Assembly (NCBI GenBank): GCA_964057225.1
Contig: OZ059895.1
Location: 14,012,001-14,076,000 of the forward strand
Direction of reading: 5' to 3'
DNA length: 64,000 nucleotides
Origin: Auanema rhodensis
Lineage: Eukaryota > Animalia > Nematoda
The position numbers and the translations under genes were made by a program. Position 1 is the first letter of the stretch. Every line of letters begins with the position of its first letter. Below, piece after piece: positions 13,175 through 27,017 of this stretch. The notes under the pieces were generated by a model. That model was not told the origin of the DNA. It saw only the letters and a list, made by a program, of their open reading frames with translations, and did no database searches.

Positions 13175-15846
13175 GCTACTCTCTTCAATATTTATTTTCA
13201 AGTGCTTTTTTTCAAGTTTAATATGAAACTCATGAAACTTGCTATTCCTTGTGCTCATAGTTCTCGAGGAAAAATGGTCAGTCAAGTTTTTAGTATAAGA
13301 TATTTCACATTTTCTTTATTAAAAATGACCAAATTATATAAATAAATAAATAATAAACCATATAATTAGGAATAAACAACATAAATTACTTCTGAAGAAT
13401 TCATATATTGCATTTTCTAAAAGTTTTTTTCGTTTGTGTTCATCAATGGTGTCAGTTCTTTTATTTGATTTCACCTTTTTTTGAGTAAGTTTAGAAACGT
13501 TTTGAGAAATTACTAACAAACAAGTTATTTTATCATTACTTTTTATTTTAATTGAAGAATGCCATTGTTCTATGGATTATGGTTAATTTATTTAATCAAT
13601 ATAAAGCAGAACATTACCAAGAAATCACTAATAAAGAAATGAAATGCACAGAAAATAGTAAGTCAATGATCATATGTTTTCTTTTCTTCTTCTCTTTCTT
13701 CTTCTTCTTCTTCTTACTAGAACAGTGAAATAGATTGTTAATAAGTAATATAATACACTCATTGATTCATCATTGACGCTTCTAACTGTTGTAGCGTCAA
13801 GTTAACAAACTATTCGCCTACTTTTTCTTTTGACTTATGTGTATAGCTAGCTCGTTCTTCACACCTCATTGCTCCCAAATACTCCTCTTTCATTTCAATT
13901 TTTATATTTCGTTATCGTTATTCTGTGCAAAATCTTTCTATTTCAATACAAAGTTTTTTTTGGGCCTCTTTCTCTCTCTCTCTCTTTTTCCTTGTTAATT
14001 TCTGGTGAATCAAAAGAAATTCCATTCGCATTCCATTCCAGTTTTATCAAATTCTTTACATTCAGAGGTCCAATAATCTTTGCCCCCTTCTTACTTTTCC
14101 TCTATTCAGATATACTAACTAACTAAGTAACTATATATTATTTACATCATGAAGTAGGAAAGATTGAGAGAAAGATCGGCAACAGGATCAAACGTAGAAG
14201 GGCAGGTATCTCCTTCTGATTCCTCTAAGAGATAATTTGATCAGATCTTCCGGATACTTCAGCTCTAATCCTACTCTTCTCAACAATTCTTTTTTATTTA
14301 ATATCTTTGCAATTAACCGATTCCTTAACCTTTTCTTGAGATTTCAAAGAAACTTTTCCAAAATCCACTATACTTACTTTCATTTCAATCTTCACTATGA
14401 CTTGTTATGCTATATCCTAAGCAGTTATCGCTTTATTAGATAAGACGGTGAACCAGAAGATATTATAGTAAAGAGATGAGGATGAAAATCGTTGAAGATG
14501 GCCTGGTCCGGTCATTTCCCTGTACGGGCCAAGGTCAGATACCGGTGTACACGATGACGTAGAAGTATGAGGAAGGTGAAGAATAGCAAGATGATGACCA
14601 CGACCGTCCAAACGAACGGACAAGAAGATATAGATTGCCGGCTGAAGGCTGACCGATCTCCTCTATTCACTCTTGATCTCACTTACCTTAGCCAGTACAG
14701 ATTCTCATTCCTTCTCATCAGTCGCATTCCTCTTTACCTTTTATGGTTCAAATCCAAATTTATAACACATCCATTCGTTTGATCTTGCATCTATATTCGT
14801 GAATATATTTCTTGTTTCAACTATTTTATCCACTTCAAATCTTATTTTTTATATTCTTTTTTCAAATTTTTAACTTTTCTTTTAATTTATACGTAATCAG
14901 ATTAAAAGAATTTAAGAACCAAGTATCTCGTTTCTTAGTATCAAGTTTTCGACAGCTTCTCTTGACATAAGACATTTTTATTTTTCGTTCATACTTGCTC
15001 TGGAATTCATTGAATTATGGAAAAAAAAATTTTAAAGACAATTACATAGTTTCCATGTCTTCATCAAAACTTCATCATAAACGGTCGTGGCTGTGATGAC
15101 CGTTTCGTCTAAAACTGTGACCACATCAAACACTCCTCAACACTTATATGACCTATTTTGATTTTCATTTTAACCCTATTTAATCTAGTTTTTTTTTACT
15201 TTTAAATCAATATTTACGTTGATTGTATGAACTGCATAGTTATTTGCAATATTGTATAGTTAAATACTTAATAACTATATGAAATATCCGGTTATATTCC
15301 GTAATCGATAGACTTTTAGATACGAGAGTACAGTTGCTAATTCTTTTTTTATTTGTTAAGTTTCATCTTGTTTCTTTCCGTCAATCCTTAAGCTTGCTTG
15401 TCAGGATTAGATAATTCTGATCCAATCACGATGATTTACTCCTCTTTCTTCTCAATCATACTGATATCGACTAAATCATATTTGTAGCTTTTCATCATCC
15501 GGTTTCATTGTCTTCCATTTTTTTTCTCCCAAATCAGAACTTTTCTTGTGTTTTTTTTTTGGAAAAAAACGAACAAAAACTCGAAAATGTTGTTATTTCT
15601 CTCATGAAAAACATTTTTTTAATAGTTAGGTAGTCCAATTAGTTATTGCCAGTCATTTCATTCAACATTTCATGTATTGTTAACTCTTATTTTTCATTTT
15701 TTTTTGTTTTTTGTTGAGCTATTAAACTAATTTGTTGAAAATCATATGTACTTCTGAAGGTCTTTTAATGTTTCAAATTGATTAATTAGAATATTAATCA
15801 TATAGTATATAACTAACTAACTGTCTATGATTGACTATGACGTGAG

Positions 15847-15874
15847 TCTCACGTCTCACGTCTCACGTCTCACG
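15847..15874. repeat. (TCTCACG)x4 tandem repeat
   Basis: Seen directly; preceded by an inverted CGTGAG. Confidence 0.85.
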
Positions 15875-17327
15875 TATCGCGTCCATATTCTGAATTCTTG
15901 ATTTTTTAACTTTTTTTTTCGTGAAGATCGGTTGTATTCCCATATGTTATTGTCATTAGTTTTGCTTGCTTATCATACTACCTACCTACACACACATACA
16001 CACACACACACACATGTCCATACGTCAATTCTATTTACGGCAATTACAAATTACGTTCATAACATTCTTTTGATTTAGTTCATTCATCCTAAAGTTAACC
16101 TTTTTACTTATTATTTTATGTAAAATACTAATATATCTTGCTTTTTTTTTATTTTTATTAAATTTTTTTTCTTGAGAGGCCCTTCAATTTCCAAATACCT
16201 TGTTTTCAATCTGTGAACTTTTGCCACAATTCTATACACGGTTAGCTCAAACCGGATTGATTGTATGAGAATATGTTAAAAAAAAGCTGCGAAGTCACCT
16301 CGAGAACGTGAAATACTGAGACAAATAGCTATGTTGTTGCTTTTTTCTCGCAATTCCTTTTACATACTCATCGTAGAAAGCACAGTTCCTTTCTCTTTTC
16401 CTATTTCGCTCTTTTTCCTCTTTCTTACCTTTTCTTTTCTTCTTTTTCTCTCTCTCTCTCTTTAACTTATTACTATCCTTCATTTTCTCTCATCATCTAT
16501 ATCTTTTTCTGAAAGTTTAAGTTTTTTTTTACTTCTTTCCTTTTCCGTGCTATCGTTCAACCTATCAGACGGCTTGTGCGAACAGTAACAAATCGATTCA
16601 ATTCATCTCCAGCGAATAGGCCAATCAACTAACAAATCAACATTTCTCTCTCTCTCAATCTCTCTCTCTCTCTCTCTCTTTCAAACTATAATTAGTTATT
16701 TCTTTTACTTCACATATACCATTACCTGTTTACATTTGATTTTACCTCATTCAATTTTGTCTCTGTAATCTGAACAGCTGTTGCTATTTGAACAATATCT
16801 CTACAGATTACCAAAAGCTTCTGCCCTCATCATTGTTGTACACAAGATGCGACTTGTTCTCCCTATCTGAAATTTTAATTTATTTCTTCTTTTCTCTTGT
16901 AAAGTATTTCTTACGTCGGGCACTTGCTTGTCATTTTGATGCGAATACTCGCAAAATCGTCAATTTATCGGAAATTTAACTGATTGACTCTCAAAGATAC
17001 TACTTTTCTTCAGTTCTTCTCAGTTTTTTTATTATTATTATAATTAGTTTAAATAATGAGCTAATACATAGTTTAATAATACAAATTATACTTTAAATTA
17101 ATGTGATGTTCTTAAAATTTCAGATAAATTTGATCAGGCCGATATCTTTAGGTTTCAGTTTCAAACAGTTCTAACCCCCTTTCAATTCTCTATGTTGACC
17201 CATTTTTACAAACAATTCTTTCAATTCTTTCAATGACTTTGTATTTAATATCTTATCCTTTATCAATATTTTTTATAAAAAATTAAATTTCTCCATTGTA
17301 TTTGATGATTTTTTTGATTTTTGCAGG

Positions 17328-20113
17328 ATGGTTTTACCATTATGTCGTTGCCGTGTATTATACATTGGAGCTTCTGTTCCAACTGTCTCCAAAGATGGCT
17401 TACAAGGAATTCAACAACCATTACGTGAACGATATCCAGTAGAAGATACTCCAGATGCTCGTGGCATTGATTCTTGGTAAAATACGAATAACAGAAGCAT
17501 TAACGTTCTTCTCTTCATTCAGGCTATCTGTATGGTCAAATGGAATTTTACTTGAATACATTGAAGCTGATAAGAAGAGTGAAACAGCTTTCTTTCCAAT
17601 AAATTCCCTTCATTACTGTGCAGCAGTTCGCTATGTCAACGTAACTGGATATGCTATTGAAGGTTAGTATATGGTTTAGTATGTTTCATCTATAACTATA
17701 AGCTTTATATGAAAAATTCTAGTAAACTATGTAGTTTATGAAAACATGTTACAGGTGGTGGTGAACGTTTCCTACCATTGGATTCACCATTTGCTGATAT
17801 TCCTGATTCACCACATCCTCCTATGTTTGCAGCAATTTTCCGCAGAACAACAGGAGTTAAAGTAAAATTTTTGTTTTCATTAACATAAAGATTTGAATAA
17901 TTTATAATTTCAGATTTTGGAATGTCACGGGTTCATCTGTTCTAACTCTAAGGCAGCTAATGCTCTTGTAAGATGTGTTTTCCATGCTTATGCTGATTGT
18001 ATGCAACTTCGCATGGATGAGCGTATTCCAGGATTAAAAGCTATTAAGGTGATTATCTTATGATTGTTTTTCATTTCAAAAACTTCAAAAATAACTTTAA
18101 ATTTCTAAAAAAATGAAATTATTTTCAGGAAGGTTCTATGGGAGACCGTTCACCAGGTAGTCGTGATAGTGAAGAAAACAATTCAATTGATGAAAATGAT
18201 CAAGCTGATGATGAAGCAATGGAAAAACACAATGTATTTTTAATTTTTTCAAATAAAATATATATTTCTGAATAATTAGATTCATCGTTGGGAACATGAA
18301 AGAGCTGCTGATGGTGAATATGATAGTGTTAGTATTGGTAGCTCAATGGCTAAAGGAAATACAACTAAAAGAGCTGCTTCAGAAAATGGTATAATAATAA
18401 TATTTTATTATTATAATTTCTTTATATATTCATTAAATTTTATTTAAATATTATATAAATAAGTAATATTACTTTAAATTTTCGTTCCAAACATAAAGAT
18501 ACGACCTTCTGATGACTGACTTTTTACCTTTTTAGTCAGAACCCCCCCACATACCAATGTCAAGGTGATATGTGTATACTTAGATTTATATCATAATACT
18601 AGTTAACTTTCTTGTTTTTATTATATTATATATATATTATATATAATATTACTAACTATATATTCTTTTTTCAGGAAATGCCGGTCGTTCTATCATTCCA
18701 TATGGTGACGATAGGGAGCCTCGACGAGCTGGATCTGAAGCCGATCTTTCTTATGCTGAACGCTACTCAATTGCTCCTCCACCTCCTGGAGCTTTACCAT
18801 TTCCTCCACATATGGCTGGTCATCCTCATCCTCATTTTCCTATGATGCCACCACCACCACCAGGAGTTATGCCCATGCCTCCACACATGATGCCACCTCC
18901 TCATGGTGCTCGTCGTCCAATGCATCCAATGTTTTTCGGTCCACCACCTCCACACTTCATGCCTCCTCCAGGACACATGATGATGCCACCACCACCACCA
19001 CACATGCATGGCTTCTATCCAGGAGCTTTCCCACCTCCTCCTCGAGGATTCTATCCTCCACCTTTCCATCCAATGTATCGTCCAGGCTCTCCCGAACAAG
19101 GAGCTGGACCAATCATCACAGGACCAGAGAGTCTTTACGGCACAATCCCAAGAAAGTAAACTCTTATATAATTATATTAAATTCTCAAAACTATTATTAT
19201 AGAGCTGCATATGAAGAGCCAGCTTACATGTCCACTCAAGGAGGACCACCTGAAGCATCTTATCAGCCAGCTAATTACACACCCGAGCAATACGAGGCAT
19301 ACTATGATACATTGAAAAAGAAAACAAAAAAAGTATTTTTTTCTTAAAGAATAAAAATTAAATTTTAATAAATAATTCATAGGGATCTGCTAGTGTTACA
19401 TCTAGCCGTGACATTAATACAGCTGTATGGGAACAATATGAAGAAGGAATCTATCGTAAACCACATATCAATGAAAAAGCTTTCAGCAATACCCTTCGGT
19501 AACATTTTATTTTCCTAATTATATTTAAATATCTATATATACATAGTATATACACATAATATATAAACTTGAACATGTTGCATGAATCTAAAAATCAACT
19601 TATTTCATAAGTTTATTGGAAGTTATATCCAGATTAGATTAAAAAGCTTAACTTTTACTTTAATATATATCTTCTTAATATAACTATAGAATATTTGATA
19701 TTTGCTTTTTCTATAAGATAAACTCAATAAATATTTTATAAATTCAGCAAAAAAGATGCTGTAAGACAGTCTTCTGCCAGTGGTACACACGAATATTCAA
19801 GCATTGGCAAGAGGTGCATACTTTCACTATACTATCTGCTTTAATGCTTTAATGCTTATTGATTAATGCTTTATGTATCTAAACTAACAACAAAATTAAA
19901 ATAATGAATTCTATATTTGTAATTTCTAGATCAGCTAAAGACATGGATACTCCAACTCTTAGAAAGCGAGAATCATCAGAATCACCATCACAAAATGAAC
20001 CAACTGATGTAAGTTTACTATATACATATAATATATAAATTATAATATTTAAGGTTAATCGTCCTGAAACTCCACCAATAGATTATATGGCTAATGGCAA
20101 GCAAAAGTTCTGA
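17328..20113 (+). CDS. PTB/PID-domain protein with Pro/His/Met-rich C-terminal region
   Basis: MVLPLCRCRVLYIGASVP...GLQGIQQPLRERYP...LSVWSNGILLE...FFPINSLHYCAAVRYV...HPPMFAAIFRRTTGVKILECHGFICS, then a PPPPPHM-rich exon (18675-19155); ends VNRPETPPIDYMANGKQKF*. GT-AG introns. Confidence 0.88.
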
Positions 20114-20592
20114 AGTAACTTTTAGCTTTTCCAAAACCTATCATTTATGTTTTTATTTTGTATTTTCCAAAAAACTTGCCGCCATAATTAAGAAAATTTG
20201 AACTCTCACCGAAAAAAAAAACAAATATTTTTTCATATTATTACTTTTTACTATTTTCTAATTATTGGATATATAGTGATACTTATAACATAGATTTTTG
20301 TATTATTCCAAGTGCCAAACAGTGAAGATGTGATAATGTGCAGTAATATTATACAAAATAAATATAATTAATAATAAAAATTTGTATAATTAATATTATT
20401 ATTATTATTTAAATTATAATTAATATAATTAAGGAATGATAAATATAAATTGAACCGTTAACATGATTGTTAGAAATTTTAAAAAAATATGGAAAATTTG
20501 GCATAACGTTATACAAGATAGAAATTTTCAGATTATAAAATAATTAACTTATATCATATAATATAGATTATAATATATATATATAAATGATT

Positions 20593-21117
20593 TCAATATA
20601 AAGTTGTTTCTCTACATTCTCGCTCATCTTTACTGATATCAACCGGATCAGTAATTATCTTCTTATCTCGTCGACGTTTGCAACACAAACCAATACATAT
20701 ACAGCAACAACAAACTAGTAATAGTAATAAACATATACTTATAACGATTCTGAATATAATTATTTATTTTTTGATAAATCATCTGATTTGCTTCAGATAC
20801 TTACATTGGTTCTAGTCGTACACGTCGACAGCACGTGTCGATGCCTGGCTGACAGCACTCATAGTATGTGAAGAAATCTGGTGGCGGACATCGTCTTAAA
20901 TAGAATTTCGATAACAATTTAATTATAACAACACAAATAATAGTATATTCTATTGAATAAGAATGTAGAAACAAAAACGAAAGCAACAGAGGAATTACCG
21001 AGGAGCTGGGCGTGATCGATCAAAATACCAATTGCGATAGCAGAGAACTTCGGGATAGCTTTGAGCATAGATGACCGCAGGCCAGCCTATGACGAATAAC
21101 AACGCTTCAGGCTTCAT
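20593..21117 (-). CDS. 121-aa single-pass membrane protein, Shisa-like/WBP1-VOPP1 Cys pattern (exons 21117-20999, 20894-20805, 20749-20593)
   Basis: The 366-nt spliced ORF has a signal peptide MKPEALLFVIGWPAVIYA, an ectodomain C..C..CC..CC, a TM segment IIVISICLLLLVCCCCICIGLCC and a basic stop-transfer KRRR. Confidence 0.8.
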
Positions 21118-21798
21118 CTTTATTAATATTCTGTTTTGTGCTTTTCTACTTCTTGTTGATCGTATTGTTTTGTCTGAAAAAGCAGAACATAGTATGATAG
21201 TTATTAAGAAAAATTTAAATTTTTATATAAATATATACAGTACTTACTATATGTATATATCTATATATAGTTAAATATATAAAAAATATATTAGTTATAC
21301 CTTAGTATGTGATAGTATTTTGAGATGACAAACTTCAAAGACTATGAATATGTTAAACTGTCGTTGCTCTTCTGATGGCTACAGGCTTTTGATCGCATGA
21401 TGAAATCACACACAATTGCTCTTCTGACCGCCCGAGGTCTTTGTTAAGAAAAATCAAATGAAAAAGAATAAGAAGAGAAATAGTAGAATAGCGTATTGGA
21501 GAGAGAGAAAGAGGATGGAAAGGAAAGAAGAGAGGGTGGACAGTGAATCCTCAATTTTCTTGTTCGCTCTTCAATACAAATAAAAGGCTTGTATTTATTG
21601 AAAAGGAATTGTATATATTAGTCATATTCTAAGAAAAAAATATGATCCAACCTGATTCATCTGTATAATGTTGAAGGCCAGATATATTCGTTGATTTCTT
21701 TTAGTTATGGTCACCTATTTAAGCCTCTTCGTATTGCCTTCTTGCAACAAGCTGCAGTTTCGTTCATGGTTTGCCACCAATGAAGAGATAACTTAAGA

Positions 21799-21800
<2 letters not shown>

Positions 21801-21843
<43 letters not shown>
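21801..21843. repeat. (GA)n microsatellite
   Basis: Seen directly in the sequence. Confidence 0.95.
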
Positions 21844-21847
<4 letters not shown>

Positions 21848-23361
21848 ATTCAGTCAAGAGAGAAGATTAATGAGCCGCAAAAACTTTGTTTGTATGTACT
21901 ATATAAGTTGTAAATATAGTTTTTGCAATAAAACTTCACTGTTTTCACGCAATTCACATGAATGTGTGTGTGTGTGTGTGAGTGAACGTTTCGAGAATGT
22001 AACCTGGCTCATCTAATGTTCAATGTGTTTGTCCTTCACCATGTCAACAAATAGTTTGCTTTTGGTCTTCTGTCTTTTTCATCACAATACAGATATATAG
22101 ATAGATAGATAGATAGTCATGCTGGCTTATTTCTGTCTTTTTAGCTGTAAAGCTGAATAATGACAGTTTGAAAGAGATTGAAGTCAAATGAAAATATTCT
22201 TTACAATTCATCTTTAAAAACTTTTTTTTAAACTCAAAACATACTATATATTCTTTAAAATCATAATATTTTCTAAATTATAAAAGAAATATTCACTCAA
22301 TTCAATGTTTGTTGGCCAATACGGAAGCTGAGTTGAAGGTCAACAGCCGCTGAAATTGGTTCTATCCAAGACTTCTAGCTTCGCAACAACGTAAATTTGA
22401 ATGCTTACGTTTAAATTTGAATTAAAAGCTCAAAAATTATAAAAATGAAGTAACTAGAACTTGAATAGTAGACTTATTCTCTTTTTTCTTTTTTTCTTTT
22501 CGAATATTATATAAACTTTTAGATTTTATATTCTATATTTTCAATAGTTAGTTATACGAAATAAGATAAAAACATCATCATAATCTGATATCAGTAGTTT
22601 TGAGAATAATAGAGCCAAGTTTCATGTTTATTCTATATAATGCTTCTTCATCACTTTATCTGAGAGCTACTGATCCTATCTTCAGCTTGTCTGATTTGAA
22701 ACTTGCTACAAACTATTCTGTCAATGTTTCCAGCTTATTATTCATCTTTCTTTTTTGTCAATTAAACAAATCTCCTGTTGCTCTTCTGACTCTGTGAACA
22801 AGAGGCCAACTCCTTTTCCTATGAGAGTAACCGCCCAGCTTCTAGTAGTCCAACTCCATTTTCCCGCCCACTCTTTATCCTCCCTTAGCCGTCCGTTCTC
22901 CTAGCTTCTGCTTCCAATGGCAGTTTATGCTCTTCTTTTATTTTTTCTTTTATCATCATCCACTTATATATATACATATGAACATGTTTCCCTTCTTTGT
23001 AGTCTTCGTACTCCATCTCCATTATCTCTCTTTCTGTCAATGTCTTCCAATCTGTTTCCTAGACTTTTCAAAAACTGTCATCCTGGCCTCATACATTATG
23101 TTTATTCCAAAAATATTCTTGCATTCTTTCTTGTTTTTTGTTTATTTCTTTTATTATTCCTAAGTGTGCTACCAAATCCGAGCATTCAAATCAACTTTAG
23201 CTCACTTCAGTAACTAACAAAGAACTTGTCCTCTTAAACTTTTATACTTTTAACTTATTTTGTTTCTATTTTTAGATTAACTATTCAAATATATATATAT
23301 ATCATATATTTGAATGTTTTATATTCATATATCATTATAATTTTCATATTTTAGTTGAAAT

Positions 23362-26300
23362 ATGTCTGGGAGAAGTCGAGAACCTCAAAAAAAGGTCGTC
23401 ACAAAGACAGTATCCCAAAAAACATTTGTTTTCGGATCCAGTACACCCCGAGATTTATCGCATATGAACAAGGTGAGCTCTGATGTTTCATAGCAAAATT
23501 ATTGAAATACTTCTAACAAGTAGTACTCATACTAACATGGAATGACAACGCTTGAGATAGAGGAAATAATATCCTCTGGAGATCCATTACAACTATTCGA
23601 TAGCATAAAATATTTTTTCGAACTAGATGAAGCTAATAAAACGGTTACTTCCTCATAATTTTGAAATTAATGTTTCTTCTTCGTATTTGGATACTTCCAT
23701 ATTGTTTTTTTTCAGATCCCCCTCAAACTACGTAGCTATGATGTGAAAGAGAAGCACCGAAGTGCTGGACCTCCCTTACGAGAGTACATGGAAAAAGCTC
23801 GCTGTTTGTCCCGTAACGGTAACCTATTTTCAATTGCTTCACTTCATTTCTGCTCATTGTCTCCTGAATTCTCATATGATTTAAACTGTGAATAAGCTCA
23901 AGCTTGCCAGAAATAGGCCCAGATGTGGTCCAATTCCATCGGGAAAATAAAAGACTACGATGATGTGGAAAACGAAAGGAAAAGCTAGAAGACACAAAGA
24001 ATATATGTTCATCTGAACTGAATACAAATATACGTTCATCATATTGAAGCCTTTTCATAGGGTATCATTCAAAAAAGTTGAACAGAGTGCGAGCTGACGA
24101 AAGATTGCCAACCTATCTATCTCTGGTTGACGGCTCTCGCAATTTCGATTAAAAATTAAAAATCAGCTTTTGCATATAATTTTTTTTGTTTATTCCTTGT
24201 CTGACATGAAACATTAGTTTCAAAAAAAATCTAAAACTTTTTTTCTTTTATTTTCTCGCCTAACCAAAGCCGTTGCGAATGTTGTCCTAGGCTCCGGATT
24301 CTATGTCCATGTGCCGTGCTCTGTCGTCGTCCAAATATTCCCAGCGGGATTCCTAACCAATTCAAGGCACTTTGCCCGACTAAACCTCTTAAACACTAAA
24401 CTTTTCTAAATTCTTACAAGGAAACACATGGTCGACGAGATTCAATGATTCAAATATCTTTACCTCGAAGTTAAGAGCGCCTGTTTGTCGTCTCATTTAT
24501 TTTATTGAATCTAAAGGAAATAGCCGAGCTGAAAGCCTCAGATGTTCCAAGCAATTTCATTTTTTTTTGTTGGAATATCCTGATTGAAAAACAAACCAAA
24601 GTATTGTTTAGATACGTATTTATCTATATCTATAGTATATATACATATTAGAAGAAATATCAAACAAAATAACTAAATGAATGCCGTAATTCTGTATAAT
24701 CGTCAAATCGAGATCTGATCATAGACAAGACAAAACATTTATTATTCAGGAAGTTCGGATGGCCGCAATTGGGCATTCGGCTCGTCAACACCTCGTGATT
24801 TCTCTCATCTAACCAGAGTGGACCCTAAATTCCGTAGGTAAAACTAGCTGGCAGTGCCAACCTGTCGTATCATTCTGGGATTTTTTTTAAAAAAATGCAT
24901 TTTCTGCAGGTATGATGCCATAATACCCAGAGAGAAAGGCTATAATACCGTTGTTGGCTCATTCGTGAGGAGGAGTATTACAGGCACGAGTTTGAGCCAC
25001 AATTGATTTCATCTTTTCACTTTCACTTGATAATTCCAATTTTCAAAGCAAGCTAAGCACTTTCTAATTATTGAAGAATTTCAATTTCTGTGCATGACAT
25101 GATCACAAAACTATTTCTTAATCAGACACGCACGTTCGTGGAAAAATGTGTGTATTTCCCATCCACTTTCACTTTTAATTTCCACATGCATGATGAGCGG
25201 TTGCTTTATTATTTTCCCGAACATTAACTTCACATGTTTCGAACTCTTCTACACTCACAAGTTTTTAATTGTCTCTATTGAACTTCAGTCGTTTCAGCTC
25301 CACCCTCAAATCGAGCTTCGCAGTTTGATGAACCTCCCAAGCAGCCGACTCAGAGCAAAATAAAAAAAGAGGATGACGCATCGTCCGAGCCCGACTTCGT
25401 CCAAGTAACATAACAATGGGAAAGTTCAGCAGTTCCTCAAGCTGTTTCAGGACCGAGCTGAATTCCTTCAAGAGCTGAAAAAGGGAATAAAAGAAAGAGA
25501 CGAAAAAGAGAAAGCCCAAAAAGCCGATAATTCTTCAGTTAAGATGGATGAAATACAAGTTCCCCACTGTGAGTTTTTAACCATGTACTTGCATTATTGA
25601 TTTTTCATATTTTTGCAATATTATTATAATTATTATTTATGTATAAACGTTTTAAATCTTATTTATAAAATAATTTAGTGCATAACAAGAGGTTAAGTGT
25701 TGGAGAAACTTCAGAAATCTCTTATTCACAAGCTACAGGTTACTTTTCTCCATTTCTTTTATAATTTTATTTTATTTTTGAATTTAGATCTTGCTGATGT
25801 AATTAATTGTAATGAACGTATCCCTCATAATTTTCATGAAGAAGAAGCTAGAACAGCAAAAAGAGAATCGGTACAGGGACTCAGCGATCAAGTACATTTT
25901 TTATAAGAAAATACTCACATTTGCTGTATTTTGTTATCTAACGATGATATAAATGCAAAATTACAGATAACTGTTTCGGAGCTTAATGAAACGTTAGAAG
26001 AGCTGAATCTAAGCTCACGACGTCATACACCTCCGATGGTTCAGAATATTCTTCAAAAGGTTGAAAGCATCTCGGAAACTTCGGTTTGTTCCCGTTTTTT
26101 CTTCTTTTTCTTTCTTCTATTGGCATTCTTTATTTCATCGTATTGTCTATATCGAATGCAACATCTGTACTATATGCCTTATCAACCTTTGATTTTATTC
26201 TCCTATCTTATCTATTTCTGTCCTAAATGATATATTGAATAAGGCAATTTCTTAGTACGCTTCCTGAAATTCACTTGATCAATGATAGTCCAGTTGGAAC

Positions 26301-26516
26301 TGAGTGCTTATTAATCATTATTTTCAGCAAATCGATGATGAATCAGTAACTGCAAGCACTGACATATGTGATGCGGAGGACAAGTCTAAGAAAAGTTTCG
26401 ATGGGTTAATCCAAACTGGGGTTGAAACAGTTAAAAATTTTGGTGAGCCATGTTACTATGAGATTGGGAAAGACATTCATGGAAAAAATCGTTTAGATGG
26501 CACGTTAAAGTCATAG
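23362..26516 (+). CDS. Uncharacterised protein with two FGSSTPRD(L/F)SH repeats and a charged C-terminal half
   Basis: Phase-compatible exons 23362-23472, 23716-23818, 24750-24837, from 24910, 25288-25403, 25451-25568 and later exons ending TLKS* at 26516. Middle exon boundaries are less certain. Confidence 0.7.
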
Positions 26517-27017
26517 TTCTCTGGTCTTGCGAATTCAAGTTCTACTAGTGATCTCTTGTTCTATTGCTTCGTCCTTTATCTCGTTCTCACTCTCTCTCTG
26601 TTTCTCATCATTCATCTTTTCAATATTTTCCGCCATGATATTGATTTTCCTAGAAATATCTGTTTTCAGTGTTTTAATAAGAAAATTACTAATACATCTA
26701 TTTAAAAATATATTAAAATAGACTTTTATATATGACCACATATGTAAATATTAATATACATCACAACGCATTAAATTTTAAGTGAGATATAGGATAGACT
26801 AGAAATAATTTGAAAAATTATTAGAAAAAACCTGTAATAATCACAATTTTCGAGTAAAGAGACCGAATTAGTAACTCTCTAATAATGAGATGTTAACAGA
26901 GAAATTATATTCAAGACATATGCGAAAGCGACAGAAAAACTTACATGTATACAGTGAATAAAGCATTAAAATACTGCCTATATGATGATAATCTTTGATA
27001 ATTGTTCAAGTATTTAT

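Noticed and set aside
18794-19099. Trp-rich 101-aa minus-strand ORF
   Set aside because: Antisense shadow of the CCA-rich proline exon.
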